A stretch of DNA of 64,000 bases from the NCBI RefSeq assembly GCF_009914755.1, contig NC_060947.1, one strand, 5' to 3'. This document shows positions 17,797-33,395 of this stretch, piece by piece. Numbering within the stretch: the first letter of the stretch is position 1; the number at the start of each line of letters is the position of its first letter. The translations under genes and the position numbers were made by a program. The stretch comes from the human T2T-CHM13v2.0 reference genome, Homo sapiens. Below the pieces are notes generated by a model. That model saw nothing but the letters and a program-made list of their open reading frames with translations, had not been told where the DNA came from and did not search any database.

Positions 17797-19431
17797 CAAG
17801 ATGTCACCCAAGTTTGAGGACTGATGGAATCCTGGGGTCAGAGGGGTTCCCAGCACAGGTCCTGACATTACAGTGGAGGAGGAACAGGGATCTGGCAAAC
17901 AGCCAGGCGCAGAAGTCTTCATAGAATTCAAATGAGGAAGCACAATCCCTTTTGCGAATTTTGGCTGAAAGAAAGCAATACAGGTCGGCAGTCTGCAATT
18001 TCAATTGACATGTTTTCTTAAATTCTTCATAACTAAATGTCTTTCCCCACACAGGACTCCCTGAGCCTGGAGTTCTTATAGCGGGCACTGCTTTCAGACT
18101 TGAGGTGTTTTAGGATACAAGCTGGGCAGACACTTTGCGGGCATTTAGCCAGCTCAGGCCTATAGAATTTTCCACCTTCAGTTAAAGAAAAGAGCAAAGA
18201 GGTAGGGGTGTGTGTGGGTGTGTGGATGTATGTGTGTGGCGGGGGGTCAGCGAGGAGGTGTTTAAAAGAGAAAGCGATGGTTGCACATCACATAAAATAA
18301 CTATTTGGCGACAAGTCCCAAGATACCTCTCATATGTCCTGTGTAAGAGATGCTTTGCCCAGCCTGAAGGTCAAGTTAGACTGGGCATGGTCCTTCTGCA
18401 TTTTCAAGGTAATCACAGAATCCCTTCCCAGAAATGGCTTTCTAAAACACATGATTGGAGAAGCAGAAGGAAGGACTGGAAAATCTATCTGAGTTCTTTC
18501 TGGCTTCATGATGATTTCAATTAAAAGATAAATGGAAACTTCCCCTCTCTACCACATCTAGTCACTGCCATCTTAGAGACACATAGAACAAAAGTTTCCT
18601 GGCTGATAACATTTGCATCAGCCCTCCTCACACTGGCCAGTATGATGTCCATGATGTGTCTGATGGCACAGAGCTTTGCTGTCCTGAAGAAGCACTCTAT
18701 CGTAGATGTGGATTGCATTTCCTATTTTTACCTTGGTTCTAATTGGCCACGGCCATATTTCTCCCAGGCCCAGCATATCTTTTTTCAAGCCTCTGGCTAA
18801 TTGACCTGGCTGTAATGCACTGAAAATCATTATAGAAAAGGTTGGGGAAACTCCCAGATTGTGTTTGAAAATCTGTAGAGACAAAATACACATTCACCAT
18901 CTTCACTTTTCTCCTGTTCTATTTTTTCTTTTTTTCCTCCTCAATAGGAAAACAGTTTCAATTCTCCTTATAAACCATCTCAGGGTAAATATTCAGATGT
19001 TTTCAGTGGAATTATGTTAAACCATTTTTTGAAAGTGCTTATCTACGATGAATATCTACTAATTATTAAATGTGAAAGGGTATTAACTGTAGTCCTATTT
19101 AAGTCTTTTTTAGAAAATGGTGTTCATTTTCTGTAAATTGTGGGTTTATTCTCTTCAACCTGGCTTATTTGATTTTATTTTGCGATTTACTACTTTCTGC
19201 TTTGGAGTTTCTCCTTTTCTCTATTGGCTGTCAGCTGAACTTCACCGAGGCTTCTGGGTACTGTGCATTAGGTCAATGAGCTTCATGACAGAGTTGACGC
19301 CTGGGAACCCTGGAACCTCTGGGGCTGTGTTATGCAGCAGAAGGAACTAGAAAGGAGGAGGGCGTTGCTGGAGAGTGAGCTAGAGAGAGAGAAAGTTGTG
19401 CTGAGCTGTGGAAGATGGCTCCCCTGGCTGA

Positions 19432-19826
<395 letters not shown>

Positions 19827-21090
19827 TGATTTCTTTTTAACAGATCAAACCTACTTACGACAAGGAGGTAGGAGGAATGGTGGAAGGCAAGACCAGGGCT
19901 TAATCTCAAGAAACTGAAGGATTAAAAAGGGGCAAAAGGAAGGTATTTTTTTTCCATTACAAAGACCAAGAGACCAGAGATTAAAATATTAACAATATTT
20001 AATGAGTGCAGCCGTATATTTTTAGATTCAGACAGGAAGAGATCAAGTCCTTTAGAAATTGTGCTTGATAAATGAAACAGTTTTGTCTGGCACCAAAGGG
20101 GTGAGTAGATACTTATTCAGGGGCTGGAGACAGTGCATATACTGTCAACTTGCATGATGCAGGACCTCAAATCAGTTAGTTAAGGAATTGAGAAAATACT
20201 TGTATGCCATTCAGCATATAGGATAGTTGGAACATAGGGAAACTCATTCTCCAACTTCAATGGAGGTCAGAGACACATGACCATCAGACACCCATAGGGG
20301 CCAGATTTCTGTTGGGAGCCCAGGGTAGAGGGACTCAGGTGCTAGGTCTGCCTGCCCTCCTTTTTTCCATCCTATCCTCTACCAGGGTAGAAGGGGAGCC
20401 AACAGCTCATGCCTCTGCCAGACCCATGTTTCTCAAGGCAGAAAACGCTGCTTGACAGGAATGGTGGCCATAGAGGCTGCCACTCTGAGCCCTTGTGACC
20501 TTCTCTGAGAGCAGCCCCCACTGGGACTGGCTTCTTCTTACTGACTACATTCTCTTTCTTGCAAGCTACTATCTTCCCCTTTCCACCTTCTACTATTCCC
20601 TAACTGCTTTCCCCCCATTCTGATTTTCCTCAACTGCTGCTCCTGGTGTTTGCCTCTGCACTGCCACCTTCCAGGAAACTCTTCTGTGGATCTGGCTGCC
20701 TGATCCAGCTCCTTGACTTCTCCCTTCTACCATGCCCTGGGAACCATTGTTTGACTGTGGGCACACTCCTTCTCTCCCCTTCTCATCTTTTTCTCACCTC
20801 TTCTTTCTCTCTCCTCTGTTTGGCTAAAAAGTGTGCTTTGTGGCACAGAGCCATCACTGTGTTTATTTTTTTTAAACCTTTTCTTTAGCCAAGGATGGAA
20901 AATTCCAAAGGCCTGAGCTAGTGATGGCTGGATGCCTTTTCTGGAAATCCAGTGGCCTGGGTGCCAAGGGAATGTTGTGGAGCTACACATCTGGCAAGGT
21001 TGTCCCCTAAAATGTCCTGGCTTTGGATTTAGTTCCAACTGAAAGAAGGGGAGGTTCTATCTGGAATTATGGAATCAGAATGAAGAGTTA

Positions 21091-21248
21091 GCTAGGTGTG
21101 GTGGCACACGCCTGTGGTTCCAGCTACTCGGGAGGCTGAAGCAGGAGGATCACTTGAACCCACTTCAAGGCCATGGTGAACTATGATTACACCATTGTAC
21201 TCCAGCCTGGGTGACAGAGCGAGACCTTGTCTCAAATTTTAAAAAAAA
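21091..21248 (+). mobile_element. Alu right monomer (FRAM-like)
   Basis: Single monomer; TSD tgaagagtt. Confidence 0.8.
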
Positions 21249-21579
21249 GTGAAGAGTTTACGAAATTATGTAATTGTAACCCCAGAGCCCAGTTTATGTC
21301 ACTGTTTTTTTCTGCTGGGTTTAATTGGGAAAGAGTGGCCTTTGACTTAGTAGATCTTTAAAAAGTGAAACCTTTTGCATGAGAGTCAAATAAAGTTCTT
21401 GCACCTCAGTTTAATCGATGATTTTGCTTCGTTGGGGTTACTTGGCAGAGGCCAGGCACACTTCAGAGCACCTGGAGTGGGCCTTATGGGGGAGCAGCAG
21501 CATCATTCCAGTTGTTACCAGGTGCAGTTGAGTAGGCCTACTCCACCTTCATGTTTCTTGCCCCCTCTTGGAGAAATAA

Positions 21580-21959
21580 TGATATGGTTTGGCTGTGTAC
21601 CCACCCAAAAATCTCATCTTGAATTGTAATCCCCATAATCCCCACGTCAATGGTGGGAACAAGTGGAGGTAATTGGATCATGGGGGCAGTTTTTCTGCAT
21701 GCTGTTCTGGTGATAGTGAATGAGTCTCATGCATATCTGATGGTTTTTTAAACGTCTGACCTTTCCCCTGCCTGCACTCACTCCATCCTGCCACCCTGTG
21801 AAGAGGGTGCCTGCTTCTCCTTTGCCTTCTGCCTGGACTGTAAGTTTCCTGAGGCCCCCCCCATCAATGCTGAACTGTGAGTCAATTAAACCTCTTTCCT
21901 TTATAAATTACCCAGTCTCAGGCAGTTCTTTATTAGGAGTATGAAAATGGACTAATACA
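21580..21959 (+). mobile_element. THE1 (THE1D/MSTA-like) MaLR solo LTR
   Basis: Begins tgatatggtttggctgtg, ends ggactaataca; perfect 5-bp TSD AATAA. Confidence 0.88.
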
Positions 21960-22498
21960 AATAATTTGGCCAGAGTTTTGTGCACACGTTCCTGCGGGGT
22001 GAAACAAGTCAGAGTTGACCACCTTGATGGTAAGCAAAAAGTTATTGTCTTGAAATATCTAGAAACTGTACCATTCTCCTACCTCTTGAGAGCGTGGGGG
22101 AGATTAACAATACCCAAACCCATAAAAATGCCAACTCTGTCTGCACTGGCTTCACATTGCCATAAACACCCAGATTTCCTAGAGGGGACTTCATGGCCCT
22201 TCATGTCCACCAGTAAGGACCATCCCACCTTTGAAGTTTCTTCTCCCACCACACCCTTCCTTTGCCCTGTAGTCTAGCCACATTGAACCATCACACTTTT
22301 TCAAACACATTTCTATAGTTTCTCACCTACATACCTTTGTGCATGCTGACTCCTCATCCGGGGATGCCCTTACAAGCCCTTCCCTGCTAAAGGGAATCCT
22401 ATCTGTCCTTCAGGGCTTAGGTCAAATGGCCATCTTCTCCATGGCCACCATATTTGGAGCTAATTGCTCCTTCTGCAGCCTTACAGCCTCTTACTAGT

Positions 22499-23260
<762 letters not shown>

Positions 23261-23535
23261 TGTGTTCTTAGGTTTTAGAGAGGATTGATATCAGTACTTT
23301 CATTTTAGAGAGGATTGATTTCATTAGGCCTCCTAAGATAGTTGTTGATAGCTTCTCTATTGTATTAGAATGTAAATACCTTAAGGGGCTGGTAGGAGAC
23401 TAGAAAGCTATTGCTTAGTAGTCAGTGCCAGAGGGCCCAGCAATTCTACTGACAATCTGTGTTACCTTGGGCAGACTGTTTGACTTTTGGGGGATCTCCT
23501 TTTGCTTATTTGTAAACATTGGAAGAATAACATGA

Positions 23536-24395
<860 letters not shown>

Positions 24396-24504
24396 TGACA
24401 TCTATATTTATTGACAGTGGCAAAAAATTTACATTATGAAATGGCATGCAAAGTATGATCCTATTTTTATAAAATAATGCATATACGATATATGTGAATA
24501 TACT

Positions 24505-24670
24505 TACCTAATCACTCTGTGCCTCGTTTTCTTCATCTGTAAAATGTAGATAATGATAGTACTGACCTCAGAGGCTTGTTGCAAGGTTTGAGTAAAATTA
24601 GACATTGAAGCACGAGGAACAATGCCTAGCACATAGAGAAGCACTGAATAAACGTAGCTATTAGTATTAT
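24505..24670 (+). mobile_element. MIR
   Basis: ctctgtgcctcgttttcttcatctgtaaaatg core. Confidence 0.75.
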
Positions 24671-24769
24671 TGTTATATTCAAAACAACATTCCCAAAGGA
24701 TGTTGTATGTTGATAACATATGTTTATATATAATGCGTATATGTGTGTATAATATTAAGAGTGCTAGAT

Positions 24770-25073
24770 GGGCACACTGGCTCACACCTGTAATCCTAGT
24801 GACTCAGGAGGCTGAGGTGGGAGGATCATTTGAGCCCAGGAGTTCGAGGCTGGGCAACATAGCCAGACCCCTGTCTCTTAAAAAAAATAATAAAATTAGC
24901 TGGGCATGGTGGTGTGTGCCTGTAGTCCTAGCTACTTGTGAGTCTGAGGCAAGAGGATTGCTTAAACCCAGGAGTTTGGGGTTACAGTGAGCTATGATCG
25001 CGCCACTGCACTCCAGCGTGGGTGACAGAGTGAGACCCTGTTTTAAAAAAAAAGAAAAATAAAATAAATAAAA
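24770..25073 (+). mobile_element. AluJ
   Basis: Diverged Alu; TSD aagagtgc. Confidence 0.88.
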
Positions 25074-26089
25074 GAGTGCCTATCTCGGATGGTGGGATTA
25101 TGTTATGAGGAAATTTTATTTTTGCTTTAAAAACATTAATTCATTTATTTTACTCTGAGCATTATTATTTTTATAAACAGAAGATGTAGAGTTCAAGATA
25201 AGAACCATACTTTCAGGATTTCTAGATTTATGTGACACGCATGTGTGTGCACACACAACATATGGTCTCTCTATAATTAGCTATTATTATTAAGATAATT
25301 TTTCCTATAATCCTGCAGCTCCTTGCCTAGTGCTTTGCGTATCTCAGATTCTCTGTCTGCTAGATCATTAAAATTAGGATGGGCTAGAGATTAGACTTTA
25401 ATTCCCACTTGCATTTAATTCCTATCTTCTTAAGTATTATTCCCTGAACTTTGATTATAATGTGTTTTCTTTAAAGTGAAATTTTGAAGAATATATGTAT
25501 ATAGTCTTACACTAGATATTTGCCTGTACATCCACATATATCTATATATTTCATATTATCTTTATAATTTTGGGGAGGCCTAAGTGCCTACTCTGAATTT
25601 TCTGAACTGTAAATTAAAATAGCTGCTATGTTGCGTGTGAAATGTATCTCAGGTTGTTGATACTGGAGTTCTCTTTTGCTGCCATTAAGAAGATGAATCA
25701 CTAGAGGGACTTAAATTTCAAGTAAAGCTAATTAATTTGCATTGAAATTGCAAGGATTTGTGGTCATGATTTTTCTGATTTTGAACATGCTGAATCTTTG
25801 TTCTTTTATTTAAAATAATCTTTATACTTCTCATGGATTTAAAAACAAATGGATGGGAGAATTACTTATGAATTATGAGCTTTGAAATGGAAGGTCTTGC
25901 CTCTGACATTTAAAACAATTAGATTATGATGCGCATCTTGGTAGGCAGGGGCTCTTTCCCTCTGTACTGTGTGCCTCTTTTTTCTGTCAGCATGCATGTC
26001 CTTGAGTTCATTTCTTTCTTCCTTCTGTTCTTCTGTCTTCTCTCTACTATATGTCTCTTTTTCTTACAAGATATATAAAAATGATTTGT

Positions 26090-26210
26090 TACGTTTGGTG
26101 GTCTCTGCCTGTAGTCTCAGCTACTTTAGGGAGACCAAGGCGAGAGGATTCCTTGAGCCCAGGAGTTCAAGTCCAGCCTGGGCGACATAGTGAGACCCCC
26201 ATCTCTTAAA
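26090..26210 (+). mobile_element. FLAM / Alu monomer
   Basis: gagcccaggagttcaagtccagcctgggcgacatagtgagacc. Confidence 0.75.
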
Positions 26211-26279
26211 GAAATGGTTTGTTGTATTTAAACTGGGATTTGGATATTTCCTCTTTGTAACTGAAAAAGTAGGGCAAAT

Positions 26280-26620
26280 GAAGGGATGAATAAGTGAAGC
26301 AGAGAGGATTTTTAAGGCAGTGAAACTACTCCATATACTACTGCAGTGGTGGATACATGCCATTATATATTTGTCAAACAAAACCCATAGAATGTACAGC
26401 ACCTAGAGTGAATCCTAATGTATCCTATGGACTTTGGGTGTTATGATGTGTCATTGTAGGGTCATCAATTGTAACAAATGTACCACTCTGGTGCCTGATG
26501 TTGATAGTAGGGGAGGCTGAGCCTGTGTTGGGGCAGGGAGCACATGGGAACTGAACTCTATAATTTCTGCTTAATTTTGCTGGGAACCTAAAACTGCTCT
26601 GAAAAATAGTTTATTTAAAA
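26280..26620 (+). mobile_element. L1MC-type 3' UTR fragment
   Basis: ggcagtgaaactact...catcaattgtaacaaatgtaccactctggtg signature. Confidence 0.75.
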
Positions 26621-26927
26621 AAGTAAGATCTATGAAATTTTTTTTTGTCAAAAAATATCCTAAGTGTAGTTCTTTTGCATTTCCGTGGACCTTTAATTTT
26701 TCTGCCTGTCAGTAGTCCTAATATTTTTTTAAAAAAACTTTTTGTCCCATCTCGATAATTTGGAAGCTTGCATTCCCAGCTCTCTTGCTGACTTGTTCGG
26801 CATAATTATGGAGACTTACAGCAAATGAGAATTGAATACTTCGAAGGCTTTGAATGAAAGGTGCCAGGTAAAAGCAAAGCAATTTTATTGTTAGAGTGGG
26901 GGATTATGAGTCAGAAATTTTAAGGTC

Positions 26928-27211
26928 AGCTGGGCACGGTGGCTCACGCCTGTAATCCCAGCACTTTTGGAGGCCAAGATGGGCAGATCACTTGAGGTCA
27001 GGAGTTTGAGACCAGCCTGGCCAACATGGCGAAACCCCATCTCTACTAAAAATACAAAAAAATTAGCCAGGCGTGGTGGCACACACCTGTAATCCCAGCT
27101 ACTCGGGTGGTGGAGGCAGGAGAAATGCTTGAACCTGGGAGGTGGAGGTTGCAGTGAACCACTGCACTCCAGCCTGTGCAACAGAGCTTGACTCTGTCTC
27201 AAAACAGAAAA
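26928..27211 (+). mobile_element. AluS
   Basis: TSD agaaattttaaggtc. Confidence 0.92.
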
Positions 27212-28829
27212 GAAATTTTAAGGTCTGCTCTTCACTGTGTGACCCTGGAGGCAAGGCGCTGATGAAATGAGTATGTGAACCACCAAAATCATGGTGAAGA
27301 GGTACCTGCTAACCAAATTCAGACTTTGGAGCAGCTGTGTTTCCTCAATGTGGCCCATATGTAAATCAAATTTGGGCAAATCACGTCATTTCACATACAC
27401 TTGGGGAATCTGATTTTTGAATGAACTTTATTGGAATCCTTTGGAAAAGCAAAGCATAATTTTGTAATGCAAGTAACCATCCACTAATTTATATTTTTTT
27501 AAGGCAGGGTTTTGTGAGGTGGGATTTCAGTTTTTGTAACACACTGTCACTCCTCTGCCATTTAAAATCAGATTATACCTGGGAGAGAAGGATAACTCTG
27601 GGAAGTTGCATTAACTCCTTCAGACCTGAAGAAGGCATTTAGTCAATTATTGTTTCTGGGAACTAAATAATACCCTTGTCACTCAAAAAATTTAAAATAG
27701 CCTTTGTAAGTGGCTCCTCAGTCTCTAAGAGAACATGACTCATTCTTTCTTTGTAACTTGAAAGAAATCCAAGTGTCAGAAGACACTGGGAAATGGACTT
27801 AAGTTACACTTCTAAACATCAGTACTAGAGATCTTAAATATTAGGAAACCAATATGATATTGGTTTAAAGTTGATGGTTGGAGCCACTGTATTAGGATGA
27901 AAGGGCAAGGGATTGACTGGCAGTGCTTTCTAGAATATTCCTTGGGGAAATTCTTGCTGGCAGCATTAAGGCTCCTGAGCTCTGGCTGTACTCTGTGTAC
28001 CATAGGCTGTCCTGTTCTTTTGTCCAGAAAGCCCACTCCCTGCTTTTCTAACTGCCTCATGGTTACACATGGCCTCATAATGTTTCTTCTGCCAGCTTAA
28101 TTTATGGTTGCTTTCCCCTCAAGCAGCCTTTGGATCCATCTTCTGCATATAACCAGTGAAAAGAAACGGAGTATATTAGAAGATGCCTTGCATTAGTGCT
28201 GGGAGATGGATTGCATTCCTGTACTTCTTAAAACCCATGTCCTTGATAATACAAGATGGAGCTGTGGAGGGTGAGGTTCTCCATGTCTGGGTTCGCCTTT
28301 GCCTTTCATTGACCTCGGTGGCTGCCAGTCAATGGAAAAATATGATCAGGGTTCACCCTATGGAATCATTGCTTAATATCATAGATGACTCATTGGAATT
28401 AGTGTTGTTAGAAAATCACTTCCAGATGTGGAGCAGAAACTTTTCCAAAAGAGAGAAATACACTCTGGAAAACTGGGTTTTATTATTTTTTTAAATGATC
28501 TTAGGGCCAGAATTAAATCTGCTTGTGCGTGGTTAGTCAACATATATTTGGAGTTCTAAGTAGTACAATCCTGTTCACTTCCTTTAGACTGACATCCACA
28601 TAAGTGGGGGCTGCCTTTAGCCTGCTTCCTTATCCTCTGTCAACTTCTGCCCTCTCCACATCTCCCATCTTCTCACAGTGATGAATGGCTTGGAAGCCTT
28701 ATCTACTCCCTCAGGTTCCGGTCTCTCATTCCTTATCATTACCAGCAAAATTTATTGAGCATTCCTAGATACTGTGAAGGATGGAAGAAACATCTAGTTG
28801 GAAAGCAATAGAAGTTTTGGTCATATAGC

Positions 28830-29050
28830 TAAGTGACTGAGAATGAGCTCTGGTGTCCACTTCTGAGTTGAAATGCCACTTTCTGGCTGTGGAATATTGG
28901 GAAACTTACTCAACCTTTTTAAGTCCCAGTTTCTTTGTTTATAAAATAGGAGTGATGGTGATAATCATACCTACCGCATAAGGTAAGCATGAGGCCTAAA
29001 GGGATAATCCATGGTCAACCCTTTGCATAGGCTAAGTGTTAGCTATTATT
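28830..29050 (+). mobile_element. MIR
   Basis: Degenerate MIR core. Confidence 0.6.
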
Positions 29051-29680
29051 ATTCATCAATTCACCTCCGTGTGTAGTTTTTGTATGAAGGGGGAACATGA
29101 ACCATTAGTTCTAGACTGACACTCTCCAAAAAGCAACCACAGTGTTTGAATTTTGGAATTCTCTTTAAGTTTATTTCACTGCAGCAGAGAATTCACTGGC
29201 TTCTCATATTCACTACATTTTTAGTTGTGCCCTGTTAAAAGAGGGAATGTGTTGTCATCTCCTTGGAAGCACCACATGACAGACTTTGTAGTTCACGCAA
29301 TAGTCAGAAGGAAAGTATTTGTAAATAGCATACCCTGGAGCTCTTGCAAAAGCCACGTCTATTCTAATAAGGTGTTTTTGGTAAATGAAATCTTATGTTT
29401 TCCATCCTACTTATTTTTCACAACGTAACCTATTATCACATTGTATTTGAGTAGTTTTCTATTGAATATGTATTCTCCCCTCCCTCCATCTCAAATGTAA
29501 CATATCAATAAGTGTGTTTCTATACTAGAATGTGGTAAAAAAAACATTTCTAAAACTTGAAAACTGCACTAGAAGAAGAAAATATCATAACCATTCCTAT
29601 TACATAGAGATTTACATTAATATCTTTACTCTTTAAAGCATTGAAAATGTTTGGGAATTCACAAAACTGCTGCAGAATCT

Positions 29681-30780
29681 GCTGTAGTGGTTAAGAGCAT
29701 GCACTTGGCCAGGCTCATTCCTGTAATCCCAGCACTTGGGGAGGCTGAGGCAGGCAGATCACTTGAGGCCAGGAGTTTGAGAACAGCCCTGCCAACAAAG
29801 CAAAACCCCGTCTCTACTAAAAATACAAAAATTTAGCTGGGTGTGGTGGCGGGCACCTGTAGTCCCAGCTACTCAGGAAGCTGAGGCAGGAGAATTGCTT
29901 GAACCCAGGGGGCGGAGGTTGCAATGAGTGATATTGCACCACTGCACTCCAGCCTGGGGTCAGAGTGAGACTTTGTCTAAAAAAAAAAAGCATGCACTCC
30001 AGAGTTAAATAGAGCCTGGCTTTGAATCCTGACTATACTGGTTTTCTGTTGCTGCATAGCAAATTACCACATACTTAGCAGCTTAAAATAACACACTTAT
30101 TATTTCACAGTCAGAAGTGTAGGCATGGCTCAGCTGGATTCTCTGCTCAGGGTTTTACAGGTGTTGGCAGGACTGCATTCTTATCCAGAAGCTCAGAGCT
30201 TTTCCAAGCTCATTCAAGATAGCACAATTTGGTTCCTTGAAGTAGTTGAAATGGTCCCATTCAGCTGGGGGTTGCTGTCACCTCCTAGAGGACATCCTCA
30301 GGTCCTGGACAGATAGGCCTCTCATCATATGGCAGTTTACTTCTTTAAATCCAGCAGGTGTATCTCTCTCTTCAGGATGGGCCCAGTTCCTCTTCTAGAG
30401 ATCACTTGATTAGGTCGGGCCCACCTGGAATCCTCTCTGTTTTGATTAACTCACAGTCAGTTGATTCCTGACCTAATCAGGGTAGGGATATCTCTCAATA
30501 TTCACAGGTCCCGCTTACATTCAAGAGGAGAATTAAACAGGGTGAGTAGACCAGGAGGCAAGAATTCTAGGGGCATCTCAGAATTTGGCGTACTACGCTG
30601 ACTCTATTTGCTCACTTGGGCAAGTTTCTGACCTCTCTTAATCTGTTTTCCCATTGATAAAATGTGAGTAGTGATAGTATTCTCTACCTCATACAGTCAT
30701 TGCTAAAATTAAATGAGGTAACGCATGTAATGCATTTCGCATAGTACCTGGTGCTTAGCAAGCTTTCAATAAATGTTAGA
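29681..30780. mobile_element. MIR split by a sense Alu (29707-29989) and an antisense MLT1 LTR (~30036-30600)
   Basis: MIR head gtagtggttaagagcatgcact (Alu TSD gcatgcact); MLT1 end gttgctgcatagcaaattaccac; MIR core resumes ~30600. Confidence 0.72.
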
Positions 30781-32079
30781 AGCATAATAGAGAAGAGTTA
30801 CATTTCTTCCTCCTGTCCTACATTTTCTTTCATTTCCCCACCCTCATAATGAAATGGCTTTGAGGGTAGGACATATGGTCACATGCTAAAGAAGTTGAGT
30901 TTTTGCCCTTAGGATTTGAATTAAATACAAAAAAGAACTTACTGAGCATAAAGGTTGTTTAACATTGAAATTTCTAAGCCATTTGTATGTCTAGGTGGAG
31001 ACCTTTCTAGAAATATCCTTCTCATTGGATTCTTGGTTAAATGAATGCATGTGCAGCAGGCAGTTCATGGGGTTTTAGGTGTGCTTCCTAGGTAAGAAGA
31101 TTTTAGGTTATTTACTCTGCTTATGAAAAGACAGTTTGGTAGGTTGGTGATCTGTAATTGTCAATACCTTTCAAAAACAAATCAGTACTTTGTAGAGCGA
31201 GAAATTTCAGTTTACAGGACCTGCACTGTGCACTGTGTTTCTCACGTTTAGTAAGGATATTCAACAGTTCAGCCTCACGATAGTCCTGAAATTTGGACTG
31301 AGTTTATTCACATAAGCTACTGAGACACAGCCATTTCTAGAGGATTTGAGTATAGTTCCGGGGCTATTCCTAGAAGAAAATGAATATGTATTGCTTTTTC
31401 TCATTGCCTGTGTAAATTGATCATACTCAATAATACTTAGAAAACAAACTCCCATGTGACAAATAGTTGGTTCGAAGGCCCATTTTGCAGGGGGGACTGA
31501 AGAGAAAGGAAATAAGGGGCAGAGAGACAAGAAGGGGAGTTTGATCCTCCGAGATGGAACTGAACTTGGGTGTCACTTTTCACAATAATTACTCAAGCAT
31601 TCCTCTCCATTCAGTAGTGACAAATCTGCATGTTTGTCTTCTATGTGAGAAGTTTGGAAGTTTGAGTGTGTAGTTAAGAACCAGCCAGAAACAGAGAGCT
31701 GGTAGGGCTGAGGAATCGTATAAGCCTGTAAGATCTATGTCCTCCCCACCCTGCCTGTTTGCCCTTGCTGGGCTCACTACCACACCCAGATGAGTTTCCT
31801 TTCTGTGACTGTCATTAGTACACAAGTGCCCCACCGCATTAGCTGCCTAAAAAGGAGCCAAGTTGGGGGACGATTGATGAGTTTGTGACCTCATTGAGAA
31901 TACCTCAGTTCTTGTTCCTTCACCCACAGAAGGGTAAAAAGGAGGTATTAGGCGTACCTTCTCCATCCATATTTCAGGCTGTCTGTTTGCTCCCTAAAAA
32001 TTCAACCCATACCTTCTTTAAAAAATAAAGTTGATTACATTAACTTTATTTGTCGGTGTCCTCTGATTTTTTTCTCAAA

Positions 32080-33395
<1,316 letters not shown>

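Noticed and set aside
26800-26875. Donor-like CAG|GTAAAA with upstream ATGs
   Set aside because: Upstream ATG frames stop or end in the wrong phase for exon 2
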